64,000 bases of DNA from Octopus sinensis (GCF_006345805.1 NC_043014.1:15996001-16060000), one strand, 5' to 3'; positions 48,898 to 63,342 are shown, counted from the first letter of the stretch. Notes: a model not told the origin generated them from the letters alone. A program made the numbers and translations.

Positions 48898-51099
48898 CAC
48901 TGAAATGAGAATAAAATTTGAAGACAGAAAGTGAAAAACTGACACACAGGCAATGAAATTTACTTTGTTTCTGTGTGCATGTAATATGTGTGAGTGTGGG
49001 GAACTAGCTGGATACAGATTATACTTATTTGTACGTACAAACATCATTGAAATATGATGTTTCTATAACATATTTGCATTGAATTTGTTTGCTTCCTGTG
49101 CAGTTGCTCATTACAGTTCATGCACTAGCATTTCTCATTACAGTTCAAGCACTAGCATTACAGCTCATGTGCTAGCATTACAGTTCATGCACTAGTATTT
49201 ACCAAGTTCTACTACATATAAACTACTAGCATTTCTCTTTTGTGTTTAAGACTTAAAGAGTAACCCAAATCTTTATCATATGTGATAATGATGTTGCCAC
49301 TGCAGATTTTAGGACTTTGTAGATGGGGTGTTGATATTCTAATTTGGCTGGATTTGCTACTTATTGTTACTCATATTAAAAGCAACCCCTATTTAAAATT
49401 TCTTGAGGAAACTATTTATTTATACTTAAACATTACAATTGTACAAAGAAGAAAGTGGAAATCTTTCTGGATTTTTTGACAAACAAAATTTTTATTCTTT
49501 TCGGTTACAGAAAAACAAATACTGTCATTATTATAAATGACAAAATACCAAGAGAGTTTGAATGTTATTACTCTTGGTGTAAGTGTAATAATAGCCGAAA
49601 AGTTCACTGCTGGTCATTGTGTTGCTGTTGCCAATTGTTCATTGTGGTTGTTGTCAGCTTAGGTCAGCATCTGTCTGCATCTGTTCATCATTTGTCTGCC
49701 ATCTCATCTCTGCTGTCTCTCAATGCTCTCTCTGCATTGAAAGCTGCATCCCAAAGCTCTGTCAAGCAGTCCAGGTGTACTGAATTTATATAGGTGGATA
49801 GGCTCTGAAGAAAGTGTGCCAAAAGATGAAATCATCACTGGATCCTATTCCATGTGAATTTGGGCTTAGTCAGATTTTGTTAATCATGTGGGTAATATTC
49901 TAGCTAATTGCAACATCAGGTGTAGTGCTGAACATTCCTGCTCCACAATGATTACCATTGTAACTTGCCAGAGGCTGTATCACTGATTACCAGTTGTGAG
50001 TTACCTATGTATGCTAGTCAAGAATTAGATAGCTACATATTTGTGTTGGCAAGAGGCAGGAAAGTTCTGTGTTCATTGTTGACAAAATGATTCTTTGTAA
50101 CCCAAAGTTGAACAACCGACCAAGAATCCTGTTCATCTGCCTTCTTTGCAAACCACTGCATTAATTGTCCTGTGTTTCTACTTTTATGACCACATTATGA
50201 CAGGAAACTCATGGGAATTTCTGTTTAAACTTATGTGATTGAATAATTACTGCTGAAATACTATTGGCTATCAATTAGACAGAATCACCTGATATGCTGT
50301 GGCCCATTTTTTGTTGCTGAGCTAATCCAGCTTCATTTCTAAGCTCTGCTACAAGTTCTTGACAATGGCTTTTGTCATGAGTAAAAACAGATTTGTTGTA
50401 GATGATACATTCCATGTTGTATTCCCCCTGCCAGCATTGGTAGAGTAAGACATCAATTAAGGTGCCATGGTTGGTTTGGTGGATTTAAAATATTTTTGCA
50501 TTGGAAATGAATCAAAAAAAAAATTCATTACTATGAAAGACCCCATTGAGTATATTACTGTTACCAGCTGAGGTGGTATGAAAAATATCTGACATCACAT
50601 ATTCTATAATTAGTCCCATGTTCTCTCAGAAGTTCTTTTCAGATAGAACAGGGAAATTATTAGCAATATTTCTTTACTGTCTGGAATGTTACAAGATGAT
50701 TTTGTATTCTAATAAAACTTGGACAAAAAAAAAAAAAAAGAGAAAGGAAAATGCCAAAAGTATAATCAGTCTCCTATGGGAAAGGTTTACAAATAAAAGT
50801 ATTTCAATCTTTCAACACATCTCATTGACTCCATGTTCAATGTTGTTGAAATTTCTCTGACTGTGTATGACTGAATATTGCTATATCTCTGATTACATGC
50901 CACCAATAAAAAGTTATAACGCTAAAATTTCAGTACTAGATGTAGTTAAAAATAAGTTTTGCTCAGGGTACCAAGTTCTACTACACATAAAATAAGAGGT
51001 TTGTCTTACGGTGTCAACAATTGTTTGGTTACAAAGAAAAATGACTAATCAAGAACCTGATCTAATTACACAGTATCAAAATAACATGATTCAAACTTT

Positions 51100-51235
51100 T
51101 TCTTGTTCAACTCTCATTTTGAAAAAATGTTGACTGATATGCAAGAAGCAAATTTTTTTTCCACAGTTGATTTAAAGAATGGTTGCTGGCAGATTGGAGA
51201 AGGTTCAAAGAGACTATGTGCAATAAATATACACA
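51100..51235 (+). mobile_element. Ty3/gypsy reverse-transcriptase remnant
   Basis: EANFFSTVDLKNGCWQI..E.SKRLCAI resembles the A.YFS.LDL..GYWQI.L...S..LTAF motif. Confidence 0.5.
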
Positions 51236-52635
51236 ATACTGCTAAGCATTTCGCCTGGCATGCTAACATTTCTGCCAGCTCACTGCCTTAATGCACTGGT
51301 GCATACTGTCAGCTACCATGTATATCACCTTCGAAATCATGAGCAAAAGCGCTCTATTGTACAAGTCAGCTATTTAGAAGTCCTCAATTGTTTATCTGCC
51401 TACTGAAAGTAATCAGAAATATAAAAGGGCCCTTTACTGAAACATTAAAAAAAAAAACCTTGGATACATAAACTCCTAACGATGATACTGGAACAACCAA
51501 GCATTCAAGGATACACTCAGGGAAGATCAGCTGCTACAAACTCAATCAGAGACCAACTTCAAGTCTGCAACAACAAAACTGAGAGAAAATAAATTAAGGC
51601 AGTGCTCCAGCATGGCAGTGGCCTTATGACTAAAACTATTAAAAGAATATAGAATAATGTTTTACTAAATACCTTAATTTCATTTACTTTTTCTTCTTTT
51701 TTTACTTACATATTGTAAAGTTGTCTTCAGTATCATTATATAGAACAATTGAGTTGAAATATGAAGAAGTAAATTGTGAAAGTGCCTTGAGTAATGAAAA
51801 TGATTGATCTGGTTTGGCTTCTCAAAATTTCAGAGAAGGAAATATTTCATAAGTTTGTTTAAATATGTAGTCAAGCATTGCATTGCCATTTAATTTTCCT
51901 CCTTATTAGTGTTATTTTACATGAAGTAGTATTAATGATATGCAGTGTTACCTGAGAAAATATTGATAATTTTTATAAGAAGTAGCCTGACCAATCACAA
52001 ATTTGAATTGTATCTCATCTTTTATTAATCTTTCTGTTACATTCACCAACTTAGTCCATCAGATACCTTTGTACAGCATATTTTTGTCTTTTAAGCAGTT
52101 GATGATTATATTGCTATGCCAAGTAATACAAGGAAATACCTCTTTGTTTTACCTGGTTGACTAGACTTGGCCCTACTTTGCAAGATATTTTCAGTATCTC
52201 AGAAATAATACCTGATGAACCAGCTGCCTTCCAATCTGCAATGAGATAAAAAGAATTTTACTTCAGTAATGTTAGAAGTAGGATTTGACAAAAGCATGAA
52301 TGTCACAACATCAGTTTGTCTTTCATCACTCACCCAGAAGTCAACAAAGCTAATCATGACATCACACATTTATATGTATTCATACATCCCTGATGTAAGA
52401 ATAGACAACAAGGAAGTGTTTGGCTTTGGGATTTGCCTTGATTCATTTCTGCAGACACCTTGTGTTTGTTACCAAATCCTGAATTCAGCTGATGACAAAA
52501 CAAAGAAAAGCAAATATAAAGTCGTAGAATATTGTCAAAGAAAAAGAGTCAGCAGATTCAAAATTTAAAATAAAAGGGATAAGATCAAATAAAATAAGAA
52601 TATTGGAAAAAAAAAAAAAAAAAAAAAAAGAAAAT

Positions 52636-52791
52636 TGCATGGTTGTGTGGTTAGAAGTTTGCTTCCCAATCACATAGTTCTGGGTTCAGTCCCACTGTGT
52701 AGCACTTTGGGTAAGTGTCTTCTACTTTAGCTTCAGGCTGACCAAAGCTTTGTGAATGGATTTGGTAGATGGAAACTGAAAGATGCTCATC

Positions 52792-52825
<34 letters not shown>

Positions 52826-53070
52826 ATGCAAATACATGTGTGTGTATGTGCATCTGAGTTTGTCCCCCATCACCACTTGACAACTGGTATTGGTTTGTTT
52901 ATGTTCCAGTAACTTAGCAGTTTGGCAAAAAGAGACCAATAATCTAAGTATCAGGCTTTACGAAAAAGCAACAAGTACTGGAGTCGATGAGTTCAACTAA
53001 AATCCTTCAAGGTAGTGCCCCAGCATGGTCACCGTCTAATGACTGAAACGAGTAAAAGATAGAAAATAAA
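52636..53070 (+). mobile_element. SINE, full length, diverged (family of 23162)
   Basis: GGTTGTGTGGTTAGAAGTTTGCTTCCC head through GACTGAAACGAGTAAAAGA tail. Confidence 0.85.
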
Positions 53071-53264
53071 AGGTAAAGCTGGAAGATTGCTGATAGAAAT
53101 TTCATAACAAACAAACATGGAGACAAAAACAAGGACTCTATTTTCATGATTCATAAAGTGTGCATGTGCATGTAAAATTTGGATAATTTGAGATCTAAAG
53201 TAGACCTTTTTAATAAACATGCAATTTTTGTCTCATTGTTAAGAATAAACAAAGTGGTTATGTC

Positions 53265-53630
53265 AGATGTTTTATCTCTGTGGACCACCCATCTAACACC
53301 CGTGGACATATTTACAAAGTCAGAAAACAGCACAGCTCCCATGACTTCAGGAAACATTTTTTCACGCTGAGAGTTGCTGAAGCATGGAACAAACTGCCGG
53401 CATCAGTTGTTAGTTGTCGGAGCACTGCATCCTTCAAAACTTCCATGCTTCCTGAGATTCGCCAACACTACACTTGATTTTCTCCCCTCAATACACACAC
53501 AAGCATGTATCTGACTCATACATTGTTCGCTTTCCAGACATTTCTACATTACTGCATGTACTTTATATGCACTTTCTGACAAGTTGTGGTGCACCTGAGC
53601 ACTGTATACAATTAATTTCATTATTATTTT
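53265..53630 (+). mobile_element. CR1/L2-type LINE 3' end
   Basis: TRGHIYKV.K..RKHFFTLRVAEAWNKLPASVV..S.ASFK motif, 3' UTR and (ATT)n-like tail. Confidence 0.85.
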
Positions 53631-53989
53631 TTTAATAAATTGGATTGATCTAATTAGGAGAGATAAAACAGCTGCTGGTGTAATCACTATAATTGTTTTA
53701 TTACAGCGAGCTAAAATTATATCACACGTAGAAAGATATATTTTTCAATGCATAAATACTGATAAAACAGTATACATAGGATACCTTTATAGAGTAGAAA
53801 AATCTGTCAGCAACCAGCCATGAGAATCAAACTCACATATCTTTGACTTCCGGTCAAGTGCTTTACCATTAAGTTAAACTGCTTTTCTGACAAATTCTTC
53901 TGCAATTTAAGAACTTATAAAGTCATCCAGAAATGCTCGATGTAATACAGATTATGACATATGTAAACAAACATAAGTTTGTTTTTGAA

Positions 53990-54160
53990 GCACTGAAATG
54001 TATATATATGTGTGTATATATATATATGTGTGCGTATGTATATATGTGTGTGTGTGTATATATGTGTGTGTGTGTGTGTATGTTTTTTTAAGATAGTATG
54101 CTGTAAATTTCACACTCACACACTCACACACCCTCACATCTCTCTCTCTCTCTCTCTCTC

Positions 54161-54214
<54 letters not shown>

Positions 54215-55011
54215 CACATATATGTATAAATATATATATTTATACATATATGCATAAATATATATATATGTGTATATATGTATATATATGTATATATATG
54301 TGTATATGAATATATGTATATATATATATATGTGTGTGTGTGTATATGAATATATATATATATATGTGTGTGTGTGTGTATATATATACAGTGAAACACT
54401 GCCTGTTTATCCAGTGGTGAATCTGACTAGCGAGAATCTTTAGATTTGGTTTCGAATCTCAGCTCAGAAAAAGAAGTGTTAGTTTTTACACTACTCCACT
54501 TCTGGTGATCTGGCTTGATCTTGCTTGGGATTTGGAACCAGGTCTACCTGCTTGTTGCTTGTCAAAGCAAGAGGGGAAATCTTCTCTACACAAGATGATT
54601 GATGAGGAAACACTCAACTCCCTAGGACTTGTGCTGGTCAAGGAAAGGTCAGTCCTTTATTTAGGGTTTGACCTACATTACTGACCATAATCTATATAAC
54701 AGAGACAATTTCCTATCTCTTCCTCTTTTGTGTCAGTCAGACCAAGGAGCAACATGGTCTTTTGCGATAGCCATGACCAAAAGCAGCACTTTTCTCAGCC
54801 ACAAGAAAGACGATGCCACCTCTATCCTTTCTAGTCAGCACCATGTATTCCTTACTCTTTCACTATATATATATATTATATATACACACATACATATATA
54901 CTAGAGTAAGCATATAAATGTGAAACAAGATGGAAAAAAAATGGTACTCAAATATCGGAGGTAGAGTAATATGCTTTATTAATAAAGTATATATATATAT
55001 ATAAATATATG

Positions 55012-55078
<67 letters not shown>

Positions 55079-55087
55079 CATATACAC

Positions 55088-55131
<44 letters not shown>

Positions 55132-55603
55132 GTATATATATAATATATATATATACATACATACATACATATACACATGTATATATATATATTGATAAAA
55201 ATGTTAAGACAACAAAAGAAAGAAAGAGACCTCAATATTATGTAAATAGAGGAATTTATTTGTAAATGTAATATGTAATAAATATATGTGTGGGTGGACA
55301 CACCACACACACACACACACACACATACACATAGCCAGTGAAAATACACGAAGAGCAGTCATGGTGAGATTAAAGTCCTAGATTACATAATTTCTAATCT
55401 TTATATCTTATGTTGTGCTCCTGACCTGCATAGATAAGTGTTTGTCTCACTTTTATTGACAATAAAAAATGGAAAAGTACAGGTTCAGTTATCTTTCATC
55501 ATAGTAGAATGATAAACTGTAGGGCCACGCAGCAATGAAAAAGAAACAACTGTAACTGTATCTCTCATAAATGGAAATGGCTTTCTATCTCTTTCCCTCA
55601 CCC

Positions 55604-55653
<50 letters not shown>

Positions 55654-56160
55654 GAAATAAGGTACTCAGAAATCTGGATGGTTTTATATTTAGAGATTTT
55701 TATTAATATGTCACATGCTTTTATAAATTATATATTAGCGCTTGCATCTACTCTAGTAGAATCTCCAGATTTGATTCAAATATATATATAATTGGTTTCA
55801 AATTTTGGCACAATGCCAGCAATTTTGAGGACTTGTGTAAGACAATTACATCAACCCTAGTGCTCAACTGGTACTTATTCTATTGACCCCAAAAGGATGC
55901 TGTAAATGTTAGCCAATGAATATTGGTTGGGTGGTAAATAGCTTGCTTCCCAAGCACATAGCTTCATGTTCAATCCCAGGTGGGTCACTTTGGGTAAGTG
56001 ACTTCTACTATAGCTCCAGACTGACCAAAGTTTTGTGAGCAGATTTACAAGATAGAAACTGAAAGAAGCCTATGATGTCTATCTATCTATTTATCTAATA
56101 TATATTTACATGTATGTATGTATGTATGTATGTATGTATGTATGTATGTATGTATGTATG

Positions 56161-56194
<34 letters not shown>

Positions 56195-56196
56195 TG

Positions 56197-56230
<34 letters not shown>

Positions 56231-56250
56231 AGTACGTACATACATACATG

Positions 56251-56340
<90 letters not shown>
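53990..56340. repeat. Dense block of (TA)n/(TG)n/(TATG)n microsatellites with interspersed unique and SINE fragments
   Basis: Long tracts at 53995-54390, 54970-55190, 55610-55650 and 56105-56340; source of the YI/CV-repeat ORFs. Confidence 0.95.
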
Positions 56341-56341
<1 letters not shown>

Positions 56342-56560
56342 GAGGGCATGCTGAAAAGTTCCTGGGTTTGTGTGAAAGAAAATGCAGGAGGATCAGTTAA
56401 TTATGATTTTATCTAACATATTCCCCTTTCAGATTCACGCACTTATTGCAACTGGTCCTTCAGTTTTTCTAAGCCCTGTAAAAGAATTCAGAATGTTGGA
56501 CTTACAACCAGGCCTTTCATGACACTATTAAAGCCAGGCACTTTTCAACAGCCCCTTGTA
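56339..56560. mobile_element. Intact mariner-like MITE (~220 bp)
   Basis: GAGGGCATGCTGAAAAGTTCCTGG / CCAGGCACTTTTCAACAGCCCCT TIRs; split copy at 23472-23511 plus 24505-24635. Confidence 0.8.
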
Positions 56561-57790
56561 CACACACGTATGTATGTGGATGTGTGTGTGTGTGTCTGAC
56601 TGTTTCCTTGCCATAACATTGTGTGACAACTGTTAGCGAGTGTCACCATTATACAAGTGGTGTCCTTTGTTTCCAATCTTCTGTGAAAACACGTTTGGTT
56701 ATGGAAAAATATTACCTTACCTAGAAATGGGCGATGGTTGACAACAGGAAGAGCGCCCACCTATTAGAAATCCTCCACAGCTAACTCTGGCCCATCCATG
56801 CCAGGATGGGAAAGTGGATATGATGATAATGATAATGATGATGATTATATCCTCCTCCCCATCCCCCTCCTCCTGCTCCAGCTCCTCTTCCCCCTCTTCC
56901 TCCTCATCATCATCACTGTTATACATATTTTAAATTCATTATGTGGCTGTAAGGTTAATGTTCCCTCTCCTTCTCTCGCTATGTATGTATGAATATGTAT
57001 AAAGTCAATTCATTAGAATATTGTAACTCGTGTTTGCTATTCAGATCCCACTGGGTTCAGCTTTGCAGTCCATAAATATTATACTGGACTTGCTGATCCT
57101 TCTTCTCGTCTTTCACCTTAGCACCAACTCGTTGAAGTTTGGAAGGATAAAAGACCAAATCAACTGAGGTAGAATTCGAATGTGAAAACACAAAGTACCA
57201 ACCTGAGACACTGCAACCTAGACAACCTTAGTTGTCATCTTGGTCATCTCAAACAATGTGTGCTCAGCAGGCACAAAGTCTCATTAAAAATTAACCAAAA
57301 AAAAAAAGAAAAAGAAAACGAAATGATGATATTCATGCCTTTTTTAGATCAGTATAAAAAAGCGAATTTGTTCCAGTCAGGATGTAGACTTGATTCATGG
57401 TGATTTTTACTGCATTTGGTTATAAGCATGGTGTTTAACTGTGATTCTTTTAGTTCATTAGTGTATTAGACAAAATGATCTGCAGCTTTTCTTAAGGTTC
57501 TTTTCATTCTGTGTTCAAATTCCACTGAGGTGAACTTTGCCTTTCATCCTTTCGAGGTTGAAAAAATAAAGTTTCGGTCAAATACTGATGTTGTAATTGA
57601 TTTGCAGTGGAATTCTGCTTTCAGTACGTCATATAACCCCACATAATTTAAAAATTTTTTTTGGAATTTTCAGAAAAGTTTTGTGAATTTGTATTCTACA
57701 TATGGGAAGTCATACAACTATGAAAAAATATTAAAAAAAAGTTTATCGAAATTTAAAAAAAACAACAATTGCAGCGTGGAAACCATTTAA

Positions 57791-58865
57791 CCCTTCGTTA
57801 CCAAACCGCCCAAAGCCGCCCGAAAAAAATTTTGGTTTATGAAACCAAACCGCCCAAAGCCGCCCGAATTTACCTATTCATATTTAAATGAGAATATCAG
57901 AGCAAATCTCTTCAGTACATTCGTGAAAACACGTATTATACTTCGTAAACAGTTCACTACAGTTTTGTACAATAATCGAAGTGTAATTTTAATTCCGTGA
58001 ATTTTGGGAGATTTTTTTCCGAAATTTGTTCCTATTGTTTTAAAATTTGTAATTCTGACAAAAAATGGATACGAATTTCATTATATCAAGCAGCGAGTCA
58101 GAATTCGAAGGATTTTCTACTGAAGACCTTATAAATCTAACTCTATGACTGAAAAAAAAAAGCACATGGTATTTGATAATGAATTTGATGTTTCATTTTC
58201 CGAAAGTGAAAACAGTGAATCTGAGATCTCCGATAGCGATAAAGAAAACGAATTGGCACCTGAATGGAGTGAAAATTTAAAAACTGTTTCTTTCGGTGAT
58301 TTTTCTGCAGAAACTGGACCAAGCCACAGACTTTCCCAGAAGGGTAAAGCCTTAGGCTATTCTATTTACTTTTTCGAATGAGCCTATTTGAAATCATTAC
58401 AGCGAAAACGAACCGTTATGCTAAACGTAAACAAAACGAAAGAAAGGATAGTTTGTTATTTCCCACAACCTTAAATGAAATTAAGGCCTATTTTGCCATA
58501 AATATTATTATGGGTATCAGAAAGTTACCCAGAATAACAAATTCTATCGTAAAATTTTGTTGTATACCCAATTGAATATTAGCTAATATTTTCTATAGCG
58601 ATGTTTGAACAAAAATTTAATAATTTTATATTTTGTGGAATTTACCTGTATCTACCTGCAAATAGAGTCACTTTGTGACAAAAATTATAGTATAGAATTG
58701 GTTGAGAATATTTCATTAAATTATCTTCCAAAAATCAGATTAATATATCGATAAATAAAAAAGTTATAGTTGTTTAATGAAACCAGACTAAATTTATGAT
58801 TACGTTAGAAATTAATTGAAACGCATAAGGGGTGTAATTTGGTCAGAAATATAGTAACGAAAGGG
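57791..58865 (+). mobile_element. Internally deleted piggyBac with frameshifted transposase N-terminus
   Basis: TTAA|CCCTTCGTTAC .. GTAACGAAAGGG|TTAA; subterminal repeat ACCAAACCGCCCAAAGCCGCCCGAA x2; acidic N-terminus and IITAKTNRYA..TTLNEIKAYFAINIIMGIRKLP. Confidence 0.92.
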
Positions 58866-58939
58866 TTAAGAAACACACAAAAACCATTAGATTCACATCA
58901 ACATTTAAATTCAATTTGCTAAAATATTTTCGTTGCTTT

Positions 58940-59004
58940 GAGACCGCAACCTGTTCACTGACAAAATTCCGTGCTGCACGGAATTTTGTCAGGGAACAGG
59001 TCTC
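58940..59004. repeat. Near-perfect palindrome
   Basis: CCTGTTCACTGACAAAATTCCGTGC-T-GCACGGAATTTTGTCAGGGAACAGG with outer GAGACC/GGTCTC. Confidence 0.9.
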
Positions 59005-60872
59005 AGTTGTTTTCGTTCCAGCACACGATCTCAGAGCAGGTCACTTGCTATGCAAGTACATCTCCGTAAAAAAAAAAATTTAATTTTCAAATTTAAAAAA
59101 ACTTCAAATTTTTGACTTAAATCCTAGAAATAGATAATTAAATGTGCTTATGGGGAGAAAGATATTGAAAAACACCAATACATCAAAGTGACTAACAAAT
59201 GAGGAGGGTATGAGATGGGCTAAAGATAACAGCTAAATAGCCCTTAAATCACTCACCAAAAGTCTCTTTGTTTTGGTCTTTGCCTAATCATATGAATTTC
59301 AGTGTGTAAAACACAATTTTCTGAAAATTCCAAAAATTAAAAAAAGGGGTTATATGGCGTGCTTAAAGCAGAATCCCGTCTGATTTGCTCCCTCTCTTGG
59401 CCTTGTGTCAAAAATAAGAATATTTACTTGGTGTGCTATAAATTTTGTTTGTAGCATTGGAAGGGAAATAACTTTTTGTTATCTACTTTACATTCGTTGA
59501 GGTAGAGTTATCTACCTTGTTAGAGTTACACGTTATCTTCCACAACTATTATGCAATGTTTACATGATGTCACAGAGAGCATTAAGAAAAATGTCAACAA
59601 TAAAAAACACCCCCTACCTAAATACCCCCAAAACAAAATAAATAAAAAAATTAAGGAGAATGAAAACATACAAGTAAAGCGATAATTCACAGAATTTTTA
59701 ATCGGTGGTTTTAGTTGAATATTGATTCAAACGAAACCCGGCTTCCCGTACTATTTCAACCTTTATTTCCAGCTTAGACACAACTCGAAATTTTGGTGAC
59801 ATTTATTGGATTATATCAACTTGACTGGTATTCATTTTATCGACCCTGAAATGATGAAAAAATATCGAGCTCTGATAGGTTTTGAACGCAGAACTTTTCA
59901 AAACTACAGCTATACAAATCATTCAATGTCTTGGGTCTGTTTTTCGTCTCCCTGGCCATTCAGATCGGATTGAAGATAGTCTCCCCTACGAATGAGCCAC
60001 GTGCTGTTAAAATGTATTTCCCGCACCATTCTTTGAGGTAATGCGTTCCGCATTTTGTCGACGCACAAAACATTATTTTATTTTAGAATTTCCCCAAATT
60101 AATGTCCAATCGCGTTTTGTGCATGCGCGATCGGACATGCACTTGTTGTACATTGCGTGTATGGGAGTGGGGTGTGTGGGTGAGTGTTGGTGTGTACACA
60201 CATACATACGTATATACATACATACATGCATACATACATACATACATACAAACAAACATACATACATACATACATACATACATACATACATACATACATA
60301 CATACATACATACATACATACAAGCATTGCTGGCTCTGTGCCAAAACTTGAAACCAATATTTTCAGGTGAAAAAGTTATTTTTGTGTGATGTCACGTACA
60401 TCATATTTTCTGGATCCTACTCAAAAAAATTCAACATACATGCCAGGTAGAATATTTTTTGGTTTAATACTCGCCAGGCTTGTCAAACCTTGCAGTGAAA
60501 AATGAATCGACGCAATTCTTGTAAATGTTCAAGTTTTACACCTTAGATATTTCATAAGTTGTGTCTCTGATTGTCACGTACATCATGTGAGTAGGGTCCT
60601 GTTTATTTCGATTATGGGTATTCCCCCTCATTAATGCAACTCTTCCTGGCGGAGAGAACTTGTACAGAACTCCGTCAAGGAATCAGCCACTGTACACATC
60701 GACCAAGATTAAAGGGAACAGTTCTGATATCCGAATCTTGCTTCTGAGTCAGACCATTAATCTCCTGCGACGTGTGTCTTGTATATTCTCCAATACGTTT
60801 GACTGATCTGCATTCCAGAAATTTTGAAACTTTTTTTTAGGAGAGGCAGTTATAACTATTCTAGATAATTGT

Positions 60873-61212
60873 GAAGGCGCATGGCTCAGTGGTTAGAGCG
60901 TCGAGCTTACGATCGTGAGGTTGTGAGCTCGAATACCGGACCGGGCTGCGTTTTGTGTTATTGAGCAAGACACTTTATTTCACGTTACTCCAGTTCACTC
61001 GGCTGTAGAAATGAGTTGCGGCGTCACAGGTGCCAAGCTGCTTCGGCCGTTACCTTTCCCTTGGATAACACTGGTGGTGGCGTGGAGAGGGGAGGCCGGT
61101 ATGCATGGGCGACTGCTGGTCTTCCATAAACAACCTTGACTGGACTTGTGCCTGGGAGGGTAACTTTCTAGGTGCAATCCCATGGTCTGTGTCGTGACCG
61201 AAGGGGGTCTCA
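60873..61212 (+). mobile_element. tRNA-derived SINE
   Basis: A-box TGGCTCAGTGG, B-box-like GAGCTCGAATACC, non-tRNA body; related copy at 63343. Confidence 0.82.
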
Positions 61213-61625
61213 GATACCACTACTATACATCTAATAAGCTGACCTTTGTTATTCCAGATTGAGGAGACAGCTGTAACAGCACTTTGAATGCACCCTACTA
61301 AACACTGTTTGTCACAGCTGACTAGTTTGCAGAATGCAGTCGGGATGTGAAGACAATTTAGAAGTTCACTATGCAATAAAGTTTTGTGTTAAACTAGGCA
61401 AAAACGCTACAGAAACATACGAAATGCTCCAGACTGCTCATGGATTAACCTTTTCACCGAGACAAGAGGTGAGTGACGATAAGAGGTGTGGGAGGGATAT
61501 GGACTTCAGAACATCAGAGCTGGTTGAGAAAATTTGTAATTTTCCTTATGAAGACCGTCGTGTGTTTATAAGTATAATAAGCATACAGTTTGGAGTTGGT
61601 GTGGCAACTGTACACAGAGTTACCC

Positions 61626-62017
61626 TTTTACTCTTTTACTTGTTTCAGTCATTTGACTTGTGGCCATGCTGGAGCACCGCCTTTACGCGAGCAAATCGAC
61701 CCCAGGACTTATTCTTTGTAAGCCTAGTACTTATTCTATCGGTCTCTTTTGCCGAACTGCTAAGTTACGGGGACGTAAACACACCATCATCGGTGGTCAA
61801 GCGATGTGGGGGGGGGGGGCAAACACAGACACATATACACACACATACACATACCTATATACGACGGGCTTCTCACAGTTTCCGTCTACCAAATCCACTC
61901 ACAAGGCTTTGGTCGGTCCGAGGCTATACTAGAAGACACTTGCCCAAAGTGCCACGCGGTGGGACTGAACCCGGAACCATGTGGTTCGTAAGCAAGCTAC
62001 TTACCACACAGCCACTC
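61626..62017 (-). mobile_element. SINE, full length (family of 23162)
   Basis: Reverse complement, homologous to 25000-25395. Confidence 0.9.
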
Positions 62018-62488
62018 TTAGGCCTAGGAAGTTATTCATGAAGATCTGAACATACACAAAATTTGTGCAAAGTTTGTTCTCAGGGTGCTCAGTGATGAGC
62101 ATCCTGGTAACTAACTATTTGACAGAAAAGAGCATTTCTCACCCTCCGTACAGTCTAGATCTTGCCTCCTGTAACTTTTGCTTGTTCCCCAAGCTGAAGG
62201 AGAACCTCAGGGGCAGTCGTTTTGAAAACGAAGGAGTTTGTGACAAGTTTCCTGAACACCTTGGCGATGGGGGACTTCCATGGGACCGTTACAAGATGGC
62301 TGAATCGGTGGAACAAATGCATCGAAGTCAGAGGATCCTACTTTGAAGGAAATTAGAACTTTATCATTCTTTGAGATTAATAAATGTTTCTCCTGAAAAA
62401 GTTTGAACATTTCTGGAATGCACTTTGTATTTGAGATTTTTGAACGCATTAAAAATTATGAGTGAGCTAGAGCGAGCGAGTAAGCAAG

Positions 62489-62538
<50 letters not shown>

Positions 62539-63342
62539 AGAGAGATAGAGAGAAAGAGAGAGGGTGAGAGGGTGAAAGAAAAAGAAAGAGAGAGAGAGAA
62601 AGAGATCACTAAGCGTTCTAATACTTAAGTTAGATATGCTGCCACACGCTTCCTCCATTGTTTATCATGTGGATGAAGTCTCATAACTATTTAATTTCTG
62701 ATCAACCCTGTTTGTCTTCGCCAGACGTCGGTAACGTGCGGCCCGCAGGACTTTCTGAAAGGCACGTCTAACGAAAAGTTTCCTTCAATTTTTATTTTTT
62801 ATTTTTGGAATGTTGACCCACTTAATGATGAACCATGTCTCACGTGGCCCTTTTCTCGAAAAAGTTTTGCCCATGTCTGGTCTACACCAAGGAATACGCA
62901 TTTCATATGTTTACTTAGCAACTCGTTTACTAACATTTGGTATGTTCCAGAGAAGTTACACGTCCGCTGAAGGCACTCAGATGCAGAACTGTATCCAGAA
63001 TTATCCCCCCTGTGTGCTGCAAAAATGAGAAAATAATAATTATTTATAAACTAATATATATATTTTTCACAACACATTTGCGCTTTAGGTTTTAACTACT
63101 CCATGCATAAAATGCACCAACATCTACTTACTATTTTATTTATTCGGCATAAAACGAAACACGGAAAGTAAAGTTGTTTATCGAAAAAGAACGATAATGT
63201 TGGCTGATTTAGTGAGATGTAGAAAAACTTCTGAACATTTTGTAATGGTTTAATAACAAGCATTATAAAGTACTTTCTTTTAACGGTGTCCATTCCAGGG
63301 TGTAATTACTTTACAGACGCAAATATAACGATGTGAATGTCT

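Larger units (their letters stand above)
57609..59377. mobile_element. Non-autonomous TIR element hosting a piggyBac insertion
   Basis: GGAATTCTGCTTTCAGTACGTCATATAACCCC / GGGGTTATATGGCGTGCTTAAAGCAGAATCCC. Confidence 0.78.
60805..62429 (+). mobile_element. Decayed mariner interrupted by two SINEs
   Basis: TIRs TGCATTCCAGAA..TTTT.AGGAGA / TCTCCTGAAAAAG..TTCTGGAATGCA; YAIKFCVKLGKNATETYEML and HPPYSLDLASCNFCLFPKLKENLRGSRF. Confidence 0.88.

Noticed and set aside
54012-56416. YI/CV/MYV-repeat ORFs (also at 17.3, 26.8, 35.6, 60.1 and 63.8 kb)
   Set aside because: Translations of (TA)n, (TG)n and (TATG)n microsatellites.
60873-60950. tRNA gene
   Set aside because: A/B boxes present, but I found no clean cloverleaf and it continues into a repeat body also seen at 63.3 kb; it is a SINE head.
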